From Lama guanicoe (lineage: Eukaryota), in the NCBI GenBank assembly GCA_013239625.1, contig MU053487.1, positions 3,183,058 through 3,247,057 on the forward strand: a stretch of 64,000 nt of DNA. Direction: 5' to 3'. Position 1 is the stretch's first letter; each line of letters begins with the position of its first letter. A model generated the notes under the pieces. That model searched no databases, was not told the DNA's origin, and was given only the letters and a program-made list of their open reading frames with translations. Below are positions 1 to 64,000 of this stretch, piece after piece. The translations under genes and the position numbers were made by a program.

Positions 1-240
1 CTAATTTATCCCTCCCCCCACCTCCCACTTTAGTAACCATAAGTTTGTTTTCTATGTCTGTGAGTCTGTTTCTGTTTTGTAAATAAGTTCATTCATATCA
101 TTTTTTTAGATTCCACATATTAAGTGACTTCATATGATATTTGTCTTTCTCTGACTTCCTTCACTTAGTATGATAATCTCTAGCTCCATCCATGTTGCTG
201 CAAATGCATTATTTTTATGGCTGAGTAATACTCCATAGTT
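1..240 (-). mobile_element. L1 3' UTR fragment
   Basis: Matches the L1 3' end copies at 16300-16550 and 38800-39020. Confidence 0.8.
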
Positions 241-563
241 CCTTTAATTTTGATAGAAACTATTGAGAGGGTCAAATCTGAGTAAGCCACTTCCTCCCCA
301 GCTCCCTAACACTTACAAGACACAAGTCTTAGCTCCTCAGAGTGGAATATGACACTCTCGTCAGCTGTCCAACACCAGGAGATACAAAAATGCTCAGAAA
401 TGCAGTTGAATGAACCAAGAGAGGGAGGGTCTGAAGTCCTAGATAAGCAAGGGAGCAAGTTTCTGATGGAGTCAGAACACAGACCTAGGGGCTCCCCCCT
501 CCCCCTGACAGACTGGAGCAACGCTAAGTATGGACAGAAGGTTGGGTGGGGAGCAGAGAAGGT

Positions 564-598
564 TGTGTGTGTGTGTGTGTATGTGTGTGAGAGAGAGA
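564..598 (+). repeat. compound (TG)n(GA)n microsatellite
   Basis: Direct reading. Confidence 0.85.
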
Positions 599-1256
599 TA
601 CGATAGTTTCCTGTGATATGGGAGACAAGGTCTTCTGAGAATGAATGGGGGTGGGGAAGCTGTATTGTGGGCTTCAGCAGGGAGATAGAGTTTTGAAAGA
701 GTCGCCATGTAGATTTCTGTGGCCAAACCTCAGGTGGCCTAGCAGTGCCAGACTCCGAAGGTGAGCTCGTCAGCCACCCCAATTTGGTGGGACTCTGATG
801 ATGTCTGGGGATTTGGAGCTGAGAAGACATTTAGGGTGGGAGGCCTGGGGTCCAGAGAATTGAGGTTACCGATCAGGAAAGAGTTCATGATGGCCTGAGC
901 CCTGTAGAGAGGAAGGCCAGAGAAGGTAGTAGAATCAAATGTCATGAAAAAGTGTGTTCACGTGTGGGGTATGTGTACATGTGTACATGTGTGTGTGACA
1001 GTGGTCCACTCATGTTACCTGACCATGTTCAACAACCGAACAAATACTTTAACCCTCTAGTCTCCAGGACACAGAATAAGTTCCAGGAGTAAGTTATATG
1101 TGAAATAAAGGGCAGTTACATCCGGTGTAGGAAATGTGAAAGTTTAGGGAAGAGTATCAAGCTGACTGTGCCTTTGGTGGTTTTATTTAGTCATCCTAGA
1201 AGCATCCACCACTTCACCTTGGTGACGTAACTTTAGTTTTTTCCTTGGTGCTATAG

Positions 1257-52643
<51,387 letters not shown>

Positions 52644-52663
52644 GGCTCCGCCCTCCGCCCGCA

Positions 52664-52669
52664 AATAAA
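52664..52669 (+). terminator. candidate DLEC1 polyadenylation signal AATAAA
   Basis: Canonical hexamer 20 nt after the DLEC1 stop codon. Confidence 0.7.
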
Positions 52670-52908
52670 CATGGCCCAGGACTAAGGAACAGGTCTGCTG
52701 GCCGGGACGCCCCCTAGGCCTCTGAGCAGCTCCTGGGATGGAGGGACCCCTGCCAGGCCCTGTGTCCTCAGCTGCTACAAGGGTAGGTCGTGCCCCTGTG
52801 GAGCCCGCGGCAGTTAAGGATCAGTATTCAGGTCAAGCAGAGGCAAGCGCAGCACAGCAAGAACTGGCCCCTTGGGAAAAACCACGGCCGCTGAGACGAG
52901 GTGACACA

Positions 52909-52914
52909 TTTACT
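52909..52914 (-). terminator. candidate ACAA1 polyadenylation signal (variant AGTAAA)
   Basis: tttact on + strand, ~225 nt past the ACAA1 stop; no minus-strand AATAAA seen between the two stop codons. Confidence 0.5.
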
Positions 52915-53139
52915 ACGTCCACTGCTCCCCATCCCCAGGCGGTACACAAGCGACCTTCCTCTGTCCCAGCAAGAGGGGCCTCATACCTCCCCAGCTCCTG
53001 CATTGTCATCAGTGGTCACATTTTCCAAATTGGCTGAAGTGCCTTGATTTGCCCCCACCTCCAGTGCTCAATTTCCCAGGTGTCACTTCCGCAGCGTGGC
53101 CGCCGGATCACTGGGTAGCACCTGGAGCCGAGGCCTCCC

Positions 53140-63178
<10,039 letters not shown>

Positions 63179-63888
63179 CACGTAGCTAGCCCAGTGGACT
63201 CCCTCCCGGCCGGGAACCGAGCGCTGGAGCCAACAGGCCGCCGCCCGCGCAGGCGTAGAACTGCACCTCTGACCCGAAGCTTAAGCCCCGCCCACGGCCG
63301 TGCAGGTCGGACGAGCTCTCCCCTCCAGAAGTCCCGCCCTCCTCCCGCCTCAGCCAATCATAAAGTGCGCTTGCCTGAGGTCCGCAAACCCAACCCCCTA
63401 GAGCAGGACCCAAAAGGATCTTTCCAAAGCCTCGCCTATAGTAGCCAATGGCTGCCAGACAGGAGGTGAACTTTCCCGAAGCCCCGCCCAGAAATGCGGA
63501 CCTTTCTACTTGCAGCCCCGCCTACTGCCAAACCCGAGGCGTTTTGGTATCTTGAAACGTACTCCGCAGCTGCCAGGGGTCCCTTTCCCTACAACTGCAC
63601 TATGCCGGCCGCCAAACAGGAGAGATGGCCAGGGCGCCCCCCTCCCACAGCTTCTTTCTTGGGAAGGAGTTCCGGAGGCTAATTCCTCTTCCCCCTTTCT
63701 AGCCTTCTCTTTTGTCTCCAAGCTGGGGGACCTAAATAATTCCGAGACGCCCCAGAGCCTACCCCGACGCTCTTGGGGTCTCCTGGGAAGACTGAGGGAA
63801 TCTGGGACCCTGGGGCGGTGGGAGAACGGCTTGTACCAAGGTGCCGAGATGTGACAAGTTTCCTATCTAGAGAGAAAGCACCAGACAC

Positions 63889-63919
63889 ACAAAAACAAAA
63901 CAAAACAAAAAACAAAAAC
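63889..63919 (+). repeat. (CAAAA)n-type simple repeat
   Basis: Direct reading. Confidence 0.8.
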
Positions 63920-64000
63920 CAATTTCACAGTCATCTGGGATGATTTGATTACTCTCCCACTAGGCTGGGGTCTCCACCAAGGCAGAGAGGGACACTGTAT

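Overview
Mammalian genomic DNA. A camelid source (camel or alpaca) is inferred from the tRNA-derived SINE and L1 3'-end style, but not proven. The + strand carries the 3' 34 coding exons of DLEC1 (1257-52643). All introns are GT-AG, exon phases match end to end (4577 nt, about 1525 codons), and the 5' exons lie outside the window. The - strand carries the complete 12-exon peroxisomal 3-ketoacyl-CoA thiolase gene ACAA1 (ATG 63178, stop 53140, 426 aa, N-terminal PTS2), arranged tail-to-tail with DLEC1. The ACAA1 CpG-island promoter ends the window; by known synteny MYD88 should follow head-to-head, but none of it is visible here. The introns are full of L1 fragments, tRNA-derived SINEs, solo LTRs and DNA-transposon fossils. 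The most notable item is a very young RPL30 processed copy with a fully intact ORF, a perfect 17-bp TSD and a 5' end extending past the TOP motif. Other items of interest are three DLEC1 splice acceptors remodelled by retroelements, a ~290-bp diverged local duplication, a sense-oriented LTR in ACAA1 with a degraded poly(A) signal, and a DR1-like element in the ACAA1 promoter. I found no convincing evidence of a wholly new biological system. Repeat family names and orthologue comparisons come from recalled sequences, and repeat boundaries are approximate.
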